Source: a phage
Reading direction: 5' to 3' (one strand)
Sequence record: PZ386963.1
Length of the DNA stretch: 64,000 nucleotides
The notes below the pieces were generated by a model. That model had not been told where the DNA came from, did not search any database, and saw only the letters and a list, made by a program, of their open reading frames with translations. How positions within the stretch are numbered: position 1 is the first letter of the stretch; every line of letters begins with the position of its first letter. A program made the position numbers and the translations under genes. Positions 38,880 through 47,821 of the stretch are shown here, one piece after another.

Positions 38880-39665
38880 ATGGGTATTGTAAAAATCATC
38901 AATGGTGATATCTTTGCTGCATTTGATAAAGGTAAGTTTGACATCATTGGTCATGGTTGTAACTGTATGAACCTAATGGGTGCAGGTATCGCTGATAAGA
39001 TTTCTAAACTTTACCCAAAAGCATATGAGACCGATACAGAAGTTTATCTATATGCAGGTGGTATAGGCCACAAACCCTGTGAAAATTTACTGGGTAATTT
39101 CTCCGTAGCACGTTTAAAACAAGGTCGTATAGCTAACCTTTACACTCAGCTTAAGACTGGTAAAGATGCACGATACAGTGCTTTAGAGTCATCTTTGAAA
39201 CAGCTTAACAGATACTGTGAAGTTAACCAGTTGAAGAAGGTTGGTCTACCTATGATTGGTGCAGGTATCGGTGGACTTGACCCTCAAGCTGTCACAGTTA
39301 TCATCAATCAGGTGATGAAGGGTGTAGATGTTTATCTGTATGTCTATGAAGGAGAGATGTACCACAAGTTACGCTCAGGTTGGAAGAACTACTGTGAACC
39401 AGAATACTTTGCAGGTGTAGCAGTGTTCACAGATAACGCAGTTACCCTCTTCAGACGAAGAAAAGGTAAGATACATCAAAGTAACCCTCCGGTTGAAAAG
39501 ATGTCTCTAAGTAATGCTCTAGTTACCCACCTGTCGAAGAGCAATCACAGAATTGCTGTAACATTTGGTAGTGATGCAGAAGCTTATATCTATGCAAGAA
39601 CTGATGAGGATATCGAGGCAATCTTCTCTTCACCAGAAGTTACCTTCTTAGACGCAAAGAACTAA
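38880..39665 (+). CDS. Macrodomain protein, TARG1/OARD1-like (ADP-ribose binding/hydrolase)
   Basis: INGDIF...IIGHGCNCMNLMGAGIA matches the glycine-rich MGAGIA loop of TARG1-type macrodomains. Confidence 0.55.
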   Translation: MGIVKIINGDIFAAFDKGKFDIIGHGCNCMNLMGAGIADKISKLYPKAYETDTEVYLYAGGIGHKPCENLLGNFSVARLKQGRIANLYTQLKTGKDARYSALESSLKQLNRYCEVNQLKKVGLPMIGAGIGGLDPQAVTVIINQVMKGVDVYLYVYEGEMYHKLRSGWKNYCEPEYFAGVAVFTDNAVTLFRRRKGKIHQSNPPVEKMSLSNALVTHLSKSNHRIAVTFGSDAEAYIYARTDEDIEAIFSSPEVTFLDAKN

Positions 39666-39716
39666 GAAACTTCGTAGTATATTCACAATAGACTAAGCCT
39701 TTCTTATCTGGTAAAT

Positions 39717-39925
39717 TTTTCAGGTAAGGAGGGCTTTTTCATTTCAGATTTGTGCAGGTAAAGTTCTGTAGAGAAATCTATAGAGAAAATTTTGAACTCC
39801 AAAGAGAAAATTCATTTTCAAACTGTGCAGGTAATCTCCAAAGAGCTTTTTCATTTTCAAAACGTGCAGACCCCGCTCAGGTCGGGCAAGAAAAATCATT
39901 TTAGAATTGTGCAGGTAGGTGGGTG
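39717..39925. repeat. Four to five degenerate direct repeats (~TTTTTCATTTTCARAnTGTGCAGGTA) in ORF-free spacer
   Basis: Copies near 39735, 39807, 39845, 39891. Confidence 0.55.
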
Positions 39926-40092
39926 TAGGTGGGGCTGTCGCCATTTCTCACAAGGCTACCACATCTGAAAATAAAAGTCAACAGAAAAATTTGTAGCGGA
40001 TTGAAAAATAATTCTTGATTGTAGTTCTGTTTTGTGTTAGTCGTGCGCGCCCGTTTCATTCCATTTTTGCAAAAATATTTTTAAAATTCCTA

Positions 40093-40121
40093 TTGACTCT
40101 TTGAGTATGGTTATCTAATAT
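40093..40121 (+). promoter_or_regulatory. Sigma70-like promoter heading the small-gene array
   Basis: TTGACT - 17 bp - TAATAT. Confidence 0.5.
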
Positions 40122-40171
40122 TTGCATCAGACGGGCAATCAAGCCCACTTCCTAAACTGGAGAATCTAAAA

Positions 40172-40378
40172 ATGCTTTACAGTCGTGAATTGATGGTTAC
40201 AACTAACGTTAACACAAAGGTAAAACGTTTTTACATGCAAATTTGTGGCGTATGGTCTAGAATATCAGAGGCTGACTATTGCAACTATGTAGAAACAGCT
40301 ATAAACTCTAATTGCTACCTTACAAGAAATACTAAGAATTTTACAAGGCAAACAGCGATTTGCTATTACGATAAATAA
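40172..40378 (+). CDS. Cassette gene 1, hypothetical
   Basis: 68 aa; leader CTAAACTGGAGAATCTAAAAATG. Confidence 0.4.
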   Translation: MLYSRELMVTTNVNTKVKRFYMQICGVWSRISEADYCNYVETAINSNCYLTRNTKNFTRQTAICYYDK

Positions 40379-40380
40379 AA

Positions 40381-40465
40381 GTACTTTACATGGGGCTTAA
40401 AAGTCTGTAAAGTAAGCCCCAGATAAAGAGCTTTACCAACAACCTTAAACTAGGAGAATCTGAAA
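40381..40465 (+). promoter_or_regulatory. Cassette head type A: promoter-like TTTACA/TAAAGT + GGGGCTTA/TAAGCCCC stem-loop + conserved leader/RBS
   Basis: Stem-loop and AGATAAAGAGCTTTACC...TAAACTAGGAGA leader conserved across copies. Confidence 0.55.
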
Positions 40466-40846
40466 ATGGCATATCGCGCACCTAAATTCATCAACAAAGA
40501 CAACTTTCGCAACGCACTGGAGAAGTCACTTGATGAGGATTTTAAAGGCAATGTTATTGTTGTCCACGCATTCAATTTTAAGTATGATATTAACGGGAAC
40601 AGAATCAACCATTACACGGCAACAATGTTAGATGGCACACTTTCAAGTGAAAAAGCCATTATCAATGCACTTGCAGGACGTGGGAAAAACCTGATAAGAT
40701 GCGATAAGAGACGTTATCAAGGTGGCGCATATGGTTACGATGATGCTATCTATCATCTTGAGAATATGGGCTATCTAGTAGAAAAAGCGGGAGCGCCCCA
40801 AATTATTGGTAGTGATGGCTATGTAACAATTTTCAAAATTAACTAA
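40466..40846 (+). CDS. Cassette gene 2, hypothetical
   Basis: 126 aa. Confidence 0.45.
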   Translation: MAYRAPKFINKDNFRNALEKSLDEDFKGNVIVVHAFNFKYDINGNRINHYTATMLDGTLSSEKAIINALAGRGKNLIRCDKRRYQGGAYGYDDAIYHLENMGYLVEKAGAPQIIGSDGYVTIFKIN

Positions 40847-40850
40847 TAAA

Positions 40851-40934
40851 GTACTTTACAAGGGGCTTAGTAGTTGATACCTTAAGCCCCAGATAAAGAG
40901 CTTTACCACTAAATCCTAAATTGGAGATTCTAAA
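40851..40934 (+). promoter_or_regulatory. Cassette head type A
   Basis: Same stem-loop/leader as 40381. Confidence 0.55.
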
Positions 40935-41225
40935 ATGGCTATTATCAAAAACGTTGTAATTACTGCAAAAACTCGCGATGACGCTCGTGTTATGGCTAAA
41001 AAGTTATGCGGAAAAGTAGTTGACAACGGAAAACAATCTGCTGTAAGATGGGGCGTAAAGGTTGATAAACATTTAACCTTGAAACGCAGTTCAAATAACC
41101 TTTTTAAAGGTGTGGAAACACTCGGTAAAACAAACGTATACACTAAAAAATCATATATCAAACGCGTAGCCTTAACCTCCCCCATTCGAACAATCAGAGG
41201 CTATGCAAAACTGAAAATTAACTGA
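40935..41225 (+). CDS. Cassette gene 3, hypothetical basic protein
   Basis: 96 aa. Confidence 0.45.
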   Translation: MAIIKNVVITAKTRDDARVMAKKLCGKVVDNGKQSAVRWGVKVDKHLTLKRSSNNLFKGVETLGKTNVYTKKSYIKRVALTSPIRTIRGYAKLKIN

Positions 41226-41229
41226 TAAA

Positions 41230-41314
41230 GTACTTTACAGGGGGCTTAAAAGTTGATATCTTAAGCCCCAGATAAAGAGCTTTACCACTAAATCCTTAAA
41301 CTAGGAGATTCAAA
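41230..41314 (+). promoter_or_regulatory. Cassette head type A
   Basis: Same stem-loop/leader. Confidence 0.55.
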
Positions 41315-41827
41315 ATGAAAACTGTAGACGCTACTTTTGAAGTTGTAAAAGAAAAATTCACTATTATTTATGAAGCGGTAAATTGCTACGAAGCAAGCCA
41401 TAATCTTGATAATTGGAAGTTTACAGATGACCATCAAGGCGGCGTGACTGTTAAAAACCCTAACTGTCAGCGTAACGATTTTAAATATGCAATCCCTTTA
41501 AATTATAGCCTTAAACAGCTTTCTAGTGACTATGCAAAACAAGGCCGGGAAAATCCATCAAAAGAGGCTTACATCAGCTTACAGGAAGAACTAGAAAGAG
41601 ATTTAGAGGCTTCAGAATACAACCTTGCCGCGAAAGTTGTCGATGCAAATGGTCAAACAATTTTAGACAGTTTTTATATTGGTTACGCTTTCGATTGGTG
41701 CTATAGTGACGGTGATGATTTAGAGGATAGACTAAAAGAAGAGGTGAGCAATTCAGACGCAGAGACTGAAGTATTAGAACGTTTGGAATCATTAAAAGAT
41801 GCAGTGATGAATATCTTTAAAAACTAA
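41315..41827 (+). CDS. Cassette gene 4, hypothetical acidic protein
   Basis: 170 aa. Confidence 0.45.
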   Translation: MKTVDATFEVVKEKFTIIYEAVNCYEASHNLDNWKFTDDHQGGVTVKNPNCQRNDFKYAIPLNYSLKQLSSDYAKQGRENPSKEAYISLQEELERDLEASEYNLAAKVVDANGQTILDSFYIGYAFDWCYSDGDDLEDRLKEEVSNSDAETEVLERLESLKDAVMNIFKN

Positions 41828-41834
41828 ATAGATT

Positions 41835-41916
41835 TCTTTACACGGGGTTATCAAGCTGATAAGATAGCCCCAGATAAAGAGATTTACCACTAAATCCTTA
41901 AACTAGGAGATTCAAA
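41835..41916 (+). promoter_or_regulatory. Cassette head type A (variant stem)
   Basis: GGGGTTATC...GATAGCCCC stem-loop plus conserved leader. Confidence 0.5.
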
Positions 41917-42213
41917 ATGAAATTATCAAATAAAGTTAGGGAAAACCTTAGCAAATTACTCAATAAAATTGATTTTATCGAGACATCAAGAAATAGTCAT
42001 GATGTTATGGAATGGTTACACGGCAAAATAAAAGGCCGTCGTGTGGTGATTTGCTTATGGAATAGTTGCAGGGAGTATAAAAAACCTGTATTACAAGTTA
42101 ATATATACGATAATACTTTTAAAAGCCCTGTAAAGTCTAAAAGCGATTTATTAGAAGCCTATGAGATAACTGTAAGTGGCAAAGTATCACGTAAAGAGGA
42201 ATCACCATGCTAA
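41917..42213 (+). CDS. Cassette gene 5, hypothetical
   Basis: 98 aa. Confidence 0.45.
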   Translation: MKLSNKVRENLSKLLNKIDFIETSRNSHDVMEWLHGKIKGRRVVICLWNSCREYKKPVLQVNIYDNTFKSPVKSKSDLLEAYEITVSGKVSRKEESPC

Positions 42214-42539
42214 TGACTGGCATCACTGCAATTATAGCCATTTTCGCGCTCTATAAGGCATATAAAGCCTATAATTTAGCAGATAAGGCAATCACACAGC
42301 AGGTTAGCAATAACCTCGTAATGAGCTTTCTAGAGCGTTTAAGTGATGAGCAAATAAAGCGGCTAGAGATGAGCTTCAGATATAAAGCGAAAACCTATCA
42401 GATAAGTGACATCTTCAAAGATGATTTTCAGTTAGTTGATGATTATAATTCTCTGATAAATGCTTTAAATATCAGTGACTTAAAAGACTACTACGCTGTA
42501 ATTGTTCAAGAATTGAGCAAACGAAAACAAAGTGTTTGA
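42207..42539 (+). CDS. Cassette gene 6, membrane-anchored hypothetical (no own cassette head; overlaps gene 5)
   Basis: 110 aa, hydrophobic N-terminus. Confidence 0.4.
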   Translation: MLMTGITAIIAIFALYKAYKAYNLADKAITQQVSNNLVMSFLERLSDEQIKRLEMSFRYKAKTYQISDIFKDDFQLVDDYNSLINALNISDLKDYYAVIVQELSKRKQSV

Positions 42540-42629
42540 CACTGATTTTTAGATAGATTAAATTACACATCAACGGGGAGGGAATGACCTTCCCCACTAA
42601 ATAAAGTCCTTAAACTAGGAGATTCTAAA
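42536..42629 (+). promoter_or_regulatory. Cassette head type B: TTGACA-17-TAAATT promoter + GGGGAGGGAATGACCTTCCCC stem-loop + conserved leader
   Basis: Canonical -35/-10 spacing; stem-loop at transcript 5' end. Confidence 0.6.
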
Positions 42630-42902
42630 ATGTATACTACTAACAACGGTCGTACTTTAAATGTCACTCTACGTCACTATGTAGATGGTGTAATGTGCTT
42701 TGAGGATTTACGGGCTGAACAACACATCTTAGATTGGCAAGTAGCAGGACTCCAAAAAACTGCTACCGGATACGGTAAAAAGATTCCAACCAGTTGGAAA
42801 GTACACTACGAAGGGCGTTTGCGTAGAATTTATCAAGATGTTTGTAGCAATAGCGCATCGAGTTACATCATGGTAAAAGGTAAAAAGCTGCATTTAGTGT
42901 AA
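42630..42902 (+). CDS. Cassette gene 7, hypothetical
   Basis: 90 aa. Confidence 0.45.
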   Translation: MYTTNNGRTLNVTLRHYVDGVMCFEDLRAEQHILDWQVAGLQKTATGYGKKIPTSWKVHYEGRLRRIYQDVCSNSASSYIMVKGKKLHLV

Positions 42903-42988
42903 AGTACTTTACAAGGGGCTTATAGTTCGATAAAGTAAGCCCCAGATAAAGAGCTTTACCCCTAAATCCTAAATTGGAGAACTTAAAA
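42903..42988 (+). promoter_or_regulatory. Cassette head type A
   Basis: Same stem-loop/leader. Confidence 0.55.
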
Positions 42989-43393
42989 ATGGCTATTAAT
43001 AACCGTGAGTTATCAATCTTAAAAGCACGTTTGACCGTTAACCGGATTAATGTTATCACGTCATCAGCGCCTGATGAGACATTGCACAACATTATCGGGA
43101 AGATTCAAAGCGTTATCTTAGACGTTGAAAACGTAAAAAAATCATTGGCTGACGTTGCAGCAGGTATCACGCTAGACGGCGCACAATATGAAATGTCCGA
43201 CATGTTAGGCAAATCAAAGGTAATGAATAAAGAATTAGACTTGAAAATGTTTCGATTTGCTGTCAAAGTGTGGCTATCTGTCGAGTATGACGCTAATTTT
43301 GCAATCGCTGATTTCTTTGCCACTTGGTTACAACGTAATTTGACAAATCACGATTTTCGTGATGTCTGTGATGCAATTTATGCAGAACTCTAA
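42989..43393 (+). CDS. Cassette gene 8, hypothetical
   Basis: Start at MAINN behind GGAGA RBS. Confidence 0.45.
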   Translation: MAINNRELSILKARLTVNRINVITSSAPDETLHNIIGKIQSVILDVENVKKSLADVAAGITLDGAQYEMSDMLGKSKVMNKELDLKMFRFAVKVWLSVEYDANFAIADFFATWLQRNLTNHDFRDVCDAIYAEL

Positions 43394-43402
43394 AAAATTT
43401 TG

Positions 43403-43497
43403 TTGACACTGGTTTTTAGATAGATTAAATTACACATCAACGGGGAGGGAATGACCTTCCCCACTAAATAAAGTCCTTAAACTAGGAGATTCTAAAA
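43403..43497 (+). promoter_or_regulatory. Cassette head type B
   Basis: Near-identical to 42536-42629. Confidence 0.6.
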
Positions 43498-43701
43498 ATG
43501 GCTATTATCAACGGCTTACACATTGAAACAACTCACATCAAAGATATTAAAGTTGGTGATGTAGTCCTTTCCCACGGCGTAGAGAAAACTGTCACTGCAA
43601 AGGATATCAAAGAGGATTCTTTCATGGGTAGGACTCTCTTCGGTGATTCTTATTGCTTAGGGTATCTTGCAGTTTTAAAAGTTGTCAAAAATAACAAATA
43701 A
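43498..43701 (+). CDS. Cassette gene 9, hypothetical
   Basis: 67 aa. Confidence 0.4.
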   Translation: MAIINGLHIETTHIKDIKVGDVVLSHGVEKTVTAKDIKEDSFMGRTLFGDSYCLGYLAVLKVVKNNK

Positions 43702-43787
43702 AGTACTTTACAAGGGGCTTAAAAGTTGTTACCTTAAGCCCCAGATAAAGAGCTTTACCACTAAATCCTAAACTGGAGATTCAAAAA
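43702..43787 (+). promoter_or_regulatory. Cassette head type A
   Basis: Same stem-loop/leader. Confidence 0.55.
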
Positions 43788-44333
43788 ATGAAATGCTTTC
43801 ACGGTACTACTCAAGAAAACTTTATCAACCTGATTAATAATGGTGATAAGCCATCAGGTGCATGGAATTGTTCGGATATGGATGGCAATTTTTACGTATA
43901 CCCAGAAAATAAAATCTATGGTGACGATGAGGAAGAGATAGTATCCGAAGGTATTCAACAGGCGTTAGGAAATGCCACTATCACGGCAGCTTTCCAGATG
44001 AAAACCCAAAACATTGTTATCTTGGAACTTGATATTCCAGAGGATGAATTAAATGATGATTATTCTTGTGATAATATGTCTGGCGTAGCAAGTTTTACAG
44101 AATACTTCGATTTAAATTGGATTAAAAAGGTTTACGTAACCGAGTTTAATGCGATGTTTTCGCCTTTTTGTCTTCCTTCATTGGATAACCCAAATTTAAA
44201 CTATCTTGATGAGTCTCTGGAGCTTCTTGCTAAAAGCGTTCAACAGTCGGACAGTATTCAGGTTTTTTGTGACATCATGGATACACTGGCAGGAAACATC
44301 GCAGAAGAGGATTTAAAGAGCTTTTTTTTTTAA
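43788..44333 (+). CDS. Cassette gene 10, hypothetical acidic protein
   Basis: 181 aa. Confidence 0.45.
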   Translation: MKCFHGTTQENFINLINNGDKPSGAWNCSDMDGNFYVYPENKIYGDDEEEIVSEGIQQALGNATITAAFQMKTQNIVILELDIPEDELNDDYSCDNMSGVASFTEYFDLNWIKKVYVTEFNAMFSPFCLPSLDNPNLNYLDESLELLAKSVQQSDSIQVFCDIMDTLAGNIAEEDLKSFFF

Positions 44334-44399
44334 AAACCTATGCAATCACCTTATAAACACTAATCAGCCCCTTGTAGGGGCTTTTAGAGGGCTTAAATC

Positions 44400-44633
44400 A
44401 TGCTAACAACCGTTTATCTCATCCTCTCAATTTGTAATGGCCATTCATGTGACTTTAAAGGGCTTGAAGAGTTTACAGGAAGTAAAGAAAATGCCATTCA
44501 GGTGTGCCAGATAGCAAGGCAAGACTATCCCGCCAGTGATGACATTCAATGTTACTTTAAGACAGAAGATAACGACGGAATCTACTTCGATAGTGTTGAT
44601 GGTCAATATGAAATTATCATTGAAAAAGACTAG
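44400..44633 (+). CDS. Cassette gene 11, small hypothetical protein
   Basis: 77 aa; preceded by a different hairpin CCCCTTGTAGGGGC. Confidence 0.4.
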   Translation: MLTTVYLILSICNGHSCDFKGLEEFTGSKENAIQVCQIARQDYPASDDIQCYFKTEDNDGIYFDSVDGQYEIIIEKD

Positions 44634-44724
44634 ACAAGCCTGATAAAAGTCTGTAAATTGTCAATCAACGGGGAGGGAATGACCTTCCCCACTGAATAAA
44701 GTCCTTAAACTAGGAGATTCTAAA
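44631..44724 (+). promoter_or_regulatory. Cassette head type B
   Basis: TAGACA-17-TAAATT, GGGGAGGGAATGACCTTCCCC stem-loop, conserved leader. Confidence 0.55.
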
Positions 44725-45066
44725 ATGGCTTATGTAACCGTAATTACCGATAAAGCTGGCGCATCTTGGTCAACTCAGGTTAGTGATAAGATGACACCTA
44801 TGCAGTGCCTAAAATACTTTGAACAGTGGAACAAAGGTGAGGATACAAGCCCCTTTCAAGTGATGCAAATTATCCATATAGACAATGAAGGGAAGAAAAC
44901 AACTCTGAATAGTGAGTACTACGCAAGCCGTTTTGAAACGAGAAGTAAAGCAATGAAGCTCTTACGTGAGGCCGGATATGGTCACATTGCCGCGATAATC
45001 TGGGATGACCTTCTAAAAAGTCAGCGTATCAGCTATGTAAAACCTGAAAAAATATTCATCAGTTAA
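44725..45066 (+). CDS. Cassette gene 12, hypothetical
   Basis: 113 aa. Confidence 0.45.
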   Translation: MAYVTVITDKAGASWSTQVSDKMTPMQCLKYFEQWNKGEDTSPFQVMQIIHIDNEGKKTTLNSEYYASRFETRSKAMKLLREAGYGHIAAIIWDDLLKSQRISYVKPEKIFIS

Positions 45067-45196
45067 TCAATAACTTACAAAAAACTTTTAAAAAAGTGTT
45101 GACAATACCCCTTGACATTGGTAACTTTGTTCGAGGGGGTTTATCTAAAAGGGATTCACTTAAAAGATTCTTTATAGATAAGCTTAAAAAATTGCT

Positions 45197-45285
45197 TGCA
45201 ATCAGCTATCAAAACAAGTAAATTAATAATCAACGGGAGGGATGACCTCCCCACTAAATAAAATCCTTAAACTAGGAGAGTCAAA
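45197..45285 (+). promoter_or_regulatory. Cassette head type B (variant)
   Basis: TTGCAA-17-TAAATT, GGGAGGGATGACCTCCCC stem-loop, conserved leader. Confidence 0.5.
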
Positions 45286-45816
45286 ATGAACAAGTTTAAA
45301 GCTATCAACTACATTCGTTCAAATGCTGTAATGTCTAAGCCTGTTAAAGACACATATGAGTTCCGTTGTAATGGGGTACACTTTGCAACCATCACCAAAT
45401 CAGAAAACGGGGCTTATTATATCCATCGTCGTAATGTTGCAACCGTTGCAGTCTCTCACTTTATGCAAGCTGTAGCGGAATTATTACCGTTATTCTTAGA
45501 GATTTACTTAGATGAGTGTAAAAACGTTCGTAACCACGTTAAAAACCTTTTAAACGGTTATAAAATGGCTTATGAACGTTCTATCAAGTCCTTAAACAAG
45601 TTTTATAAAGCCCCTGTAAATACTGTTTCAATGGCTTACAGTGTAAGCGGTGAGTTGGTTAGCCTCTTCGAAGTGGAAGAAATCGAACTCTATGACTCAC
45701 GTCCTAGCGGTTACTCTAAGACACTGGGAGAAGGCTTAACGTTCAATATCAAGAACTTAGAAAAAACTTTAAAAGATATTGAAAAAGATATTGACGAAAC
45801 AATCAAAAGTCTGTAA
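45286..45816 (+). CDS. Cassette gene 13, hypothetical
   Basis: 176 aa. Confidence 0.45.
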   Translation: MNKFKAINYIRSNAVMSKPVKDTYEFRCNGVHFATITKSENGAYYIHRRNVATVAVSHFMQAVAELLPLFLEIYLDECKNVRNHVKNLLNGYKMAYERSIKSLNKFYKAPVNTVSMAYSVSGELVSLFEVEEIELYDSRPSGYSKTLGEGLTFNIKNLEKTLKDIEKDIDETIKSL

Positions 45817-45895
45817 ATTGTCAATCAACGGGGAGGGAATGACCTTCCCCACTAAATAAAACCCTTAATCAACTTCCTAAACTGGAGATTCTAAA
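45791..45895 (+). promoter_or_regulatory. Cassette head type B
   Basis: TTGACG-17-TAAATT inside 3' end of upstream gene; stem-loop plus leader. Confidence 0.55.
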
Positions 45896-46144
45896 ATGGC
45901 TACTATCCGCGCAACTGTTAACGAATTTGGCTTCTACTCTCTGGACGTTAAATTTGACCTTGTAGGTACTGATAACGCCTTTGAAATGGTGAAAGGCCTT
46001 ATCAGTCAGACCATCAGTGACTACAACCCCTCCGATGAATTCTGGGAGGAAACAAAACAGGAAGTTCTTACGCATGGTCACACTTATCACTATTGGGGAG
46101 AAAAAATCGTCTCCCTGTACTACGACAAAGAAGGCACTAACTAA
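45896..46144 (+). CDS. Cassette gene 14, hypothetical
   Basis: 82 aa; followed by hairpin GGGGCTAAATAGCCCC. Confidence 0.45.
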   Translation: MATIRATVNEFGFYSLDVKFDLVGTDNAFEMVKGLISQTISDYNPSDEFWEETKQEVLTHGHTYHYWGEKIVSLYYDKEGTN

Positions 46145-46229
46145 ACGCCGCAACGGGGCTAAATAGCCCCAGATACCTTTACAGCCCCTTAAATGGGGCT
46201 TTTTTACGTCTATCGAATCCTTATACAAC

Positions 46230-47800
46230 CCCTTTCCTTCTCCTTTCTAGAATCTTATCAGACCTTAAAAGCAATAACTCTATAGTCTACTCTATAGCCT
46301 TTTATCAAATCAGTTTAAATATAAGCCCATAACCCGAAAGGGAAGGGCAACCACTAAAACGCTCTATAACGCCCTATAACAGCCTTATCAACCTAACTTA
46401 AGGTATTGCATTACCTCACCCTTAAAAGCCCTTTATAGAGCTTCTTAGAGCCTTAAAAGAATCTTATAAGTGTGTAAGCTTTATCATCTCGTTAGTATTC
46501 TTGTGAACTACTATAAAGGACTTGTTAGTGTCTTAAAAGTATGTTATAGGGGCTGTTAAGTTACTTTGAAGTAGCTTAAAAGTTACGTAAAAGAGGCTAT
46601 GAAGTTACGTAAATGCTAGCCCCCTTAACATTTTCTTAACAATTTCTTAACAAACCCTACATAGTTATGCTTGTTAGCCCCTTGTTAAATCTCTGTTAAG
46701 ACCACGTAAAAGCTTTGTAAGAGTCTTTGGCATAGCCTTAAAAGCTCCTGTAAAGCCATATAAAGAGCTATCTGTACAGTTGGGGTGTAACTACTAGGAA
46801 GAGACTTAAAAGAGCCTATACAGAGCTATAGAGAGCTTTTAAAAGGTATGTTTAAGGAATCACTAAGAAAGGAAAGGGAACGATAAGAAAGAAGAGTTGT
46901 GTTTGTAAACAACCACTGTGACCATGTTAATAGCTTGTTAAAAAGATTAAACACTTGTTAGGAACTTGTTAATTATCTTAACAAAATAACTCTTAAAAAT
47001 TAACTTGTTAGCTCTTGTTAGTCATCTGTTAAGCCTCTGTAAAGACTATTCAGCACTTGTTAGGAAACTGTTACACCCTTGTTAGTTCTGTTAAGAAACT
47101 GTTAAGACCTTTGAAGAGTTGTTAATAAGATGTGAGAACTGTTAAGAGATTGTTAAGGATATTTTAAAATTTTGCAAAGTACTTGTAAGGGAGCTGTTAA
47201 GGGCTACCAAGCAGATATACATCCTAGACAGATATTTTTCAGTTCCTTCAAAGACCCTAAAAAATGACTTGACAGTCCTATTTTATAAAAATTTTAAAAT
47301 TCTGAATAATTACCTATACAGTCTTTTAAAAATACAGGTAGAAACAGGCTTATAAGATACCTTGTTAGTACCGTGTTAGACCTTGTGAGATAAGGTCTGT
47401 AAAGATATTCCTGTTAAGTTTGTTAAAACAGTCTATATAGAGGCTTAGTAATACCTAGTGAACACCTATAGAGGTGTATCATAGCTGACATAGAGATTAA
47501 GAGGTGTATAGGAGCTTCTAAGAGGGTGTAGAGGGATGGTTAAGGTAATTGTATAGGTTGTTAAGAAGGCTTGTTAGAAGAGTGTTTAGAAGGCTTGTTA
47601 GAGGGCTAGTTAGAAGGGTTATACAGAGGGGCTATTAAGACCACTAGATAGATACTAAGATACTATATAGTACTATATAACTATATAGAGAGTAAGATTA
47701 AGAAGATTGTTAAGAAGGATAGATATTTTGTTCACATATGATGGTGACCCAGAGGTTGGGACAACCGATAAAATTTTATAAAAATTAAAAAGCCCCCAAT
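46230..47800. repeat. About 1.6 kb ORF-free region saturated with short degenerate repeats (CTTGTTAG / CTGTTAAG / CTTAAAAG / CTGTAAAG families, both orientations)
   Basis: Dozens of 7-9-mer copies; no ORF of 60 aa or more on either strand; sits between convergent gene blocks. Confidence 0.7.
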
Positions 47801-47821
47801 TAAGGAGGCTCTTAAGATATT

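Noticed and set aside
39744-39944. 66-aa minus-strand ORF in the 39.7-39.9 kb spacer
   Set aside because: Its translation is generated by the direct repeats themselves and it has no translational signals.
40380-45900. Possible CRISPR array, because of a regularly recurring GC-rich palindromic repeat
   Set aside because: The intervening units are 200-550 bp, each with RBS, ATG and an intact ORF. The repeats are 80-95 bp promoter/stem-loop/leader modules of two types, not 28-37 bp direct repeats with short spacers, and no cas genes are present.
40380-45900. Integron-like gene cassette array (attC-like hairpins)
   Set aside because: No integron integrase or attI is present, and each unit carries its own promoter and RBS, unlike promoterless integron cassettes. 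Better explained as PeSL-like phage regulatory cassettes.
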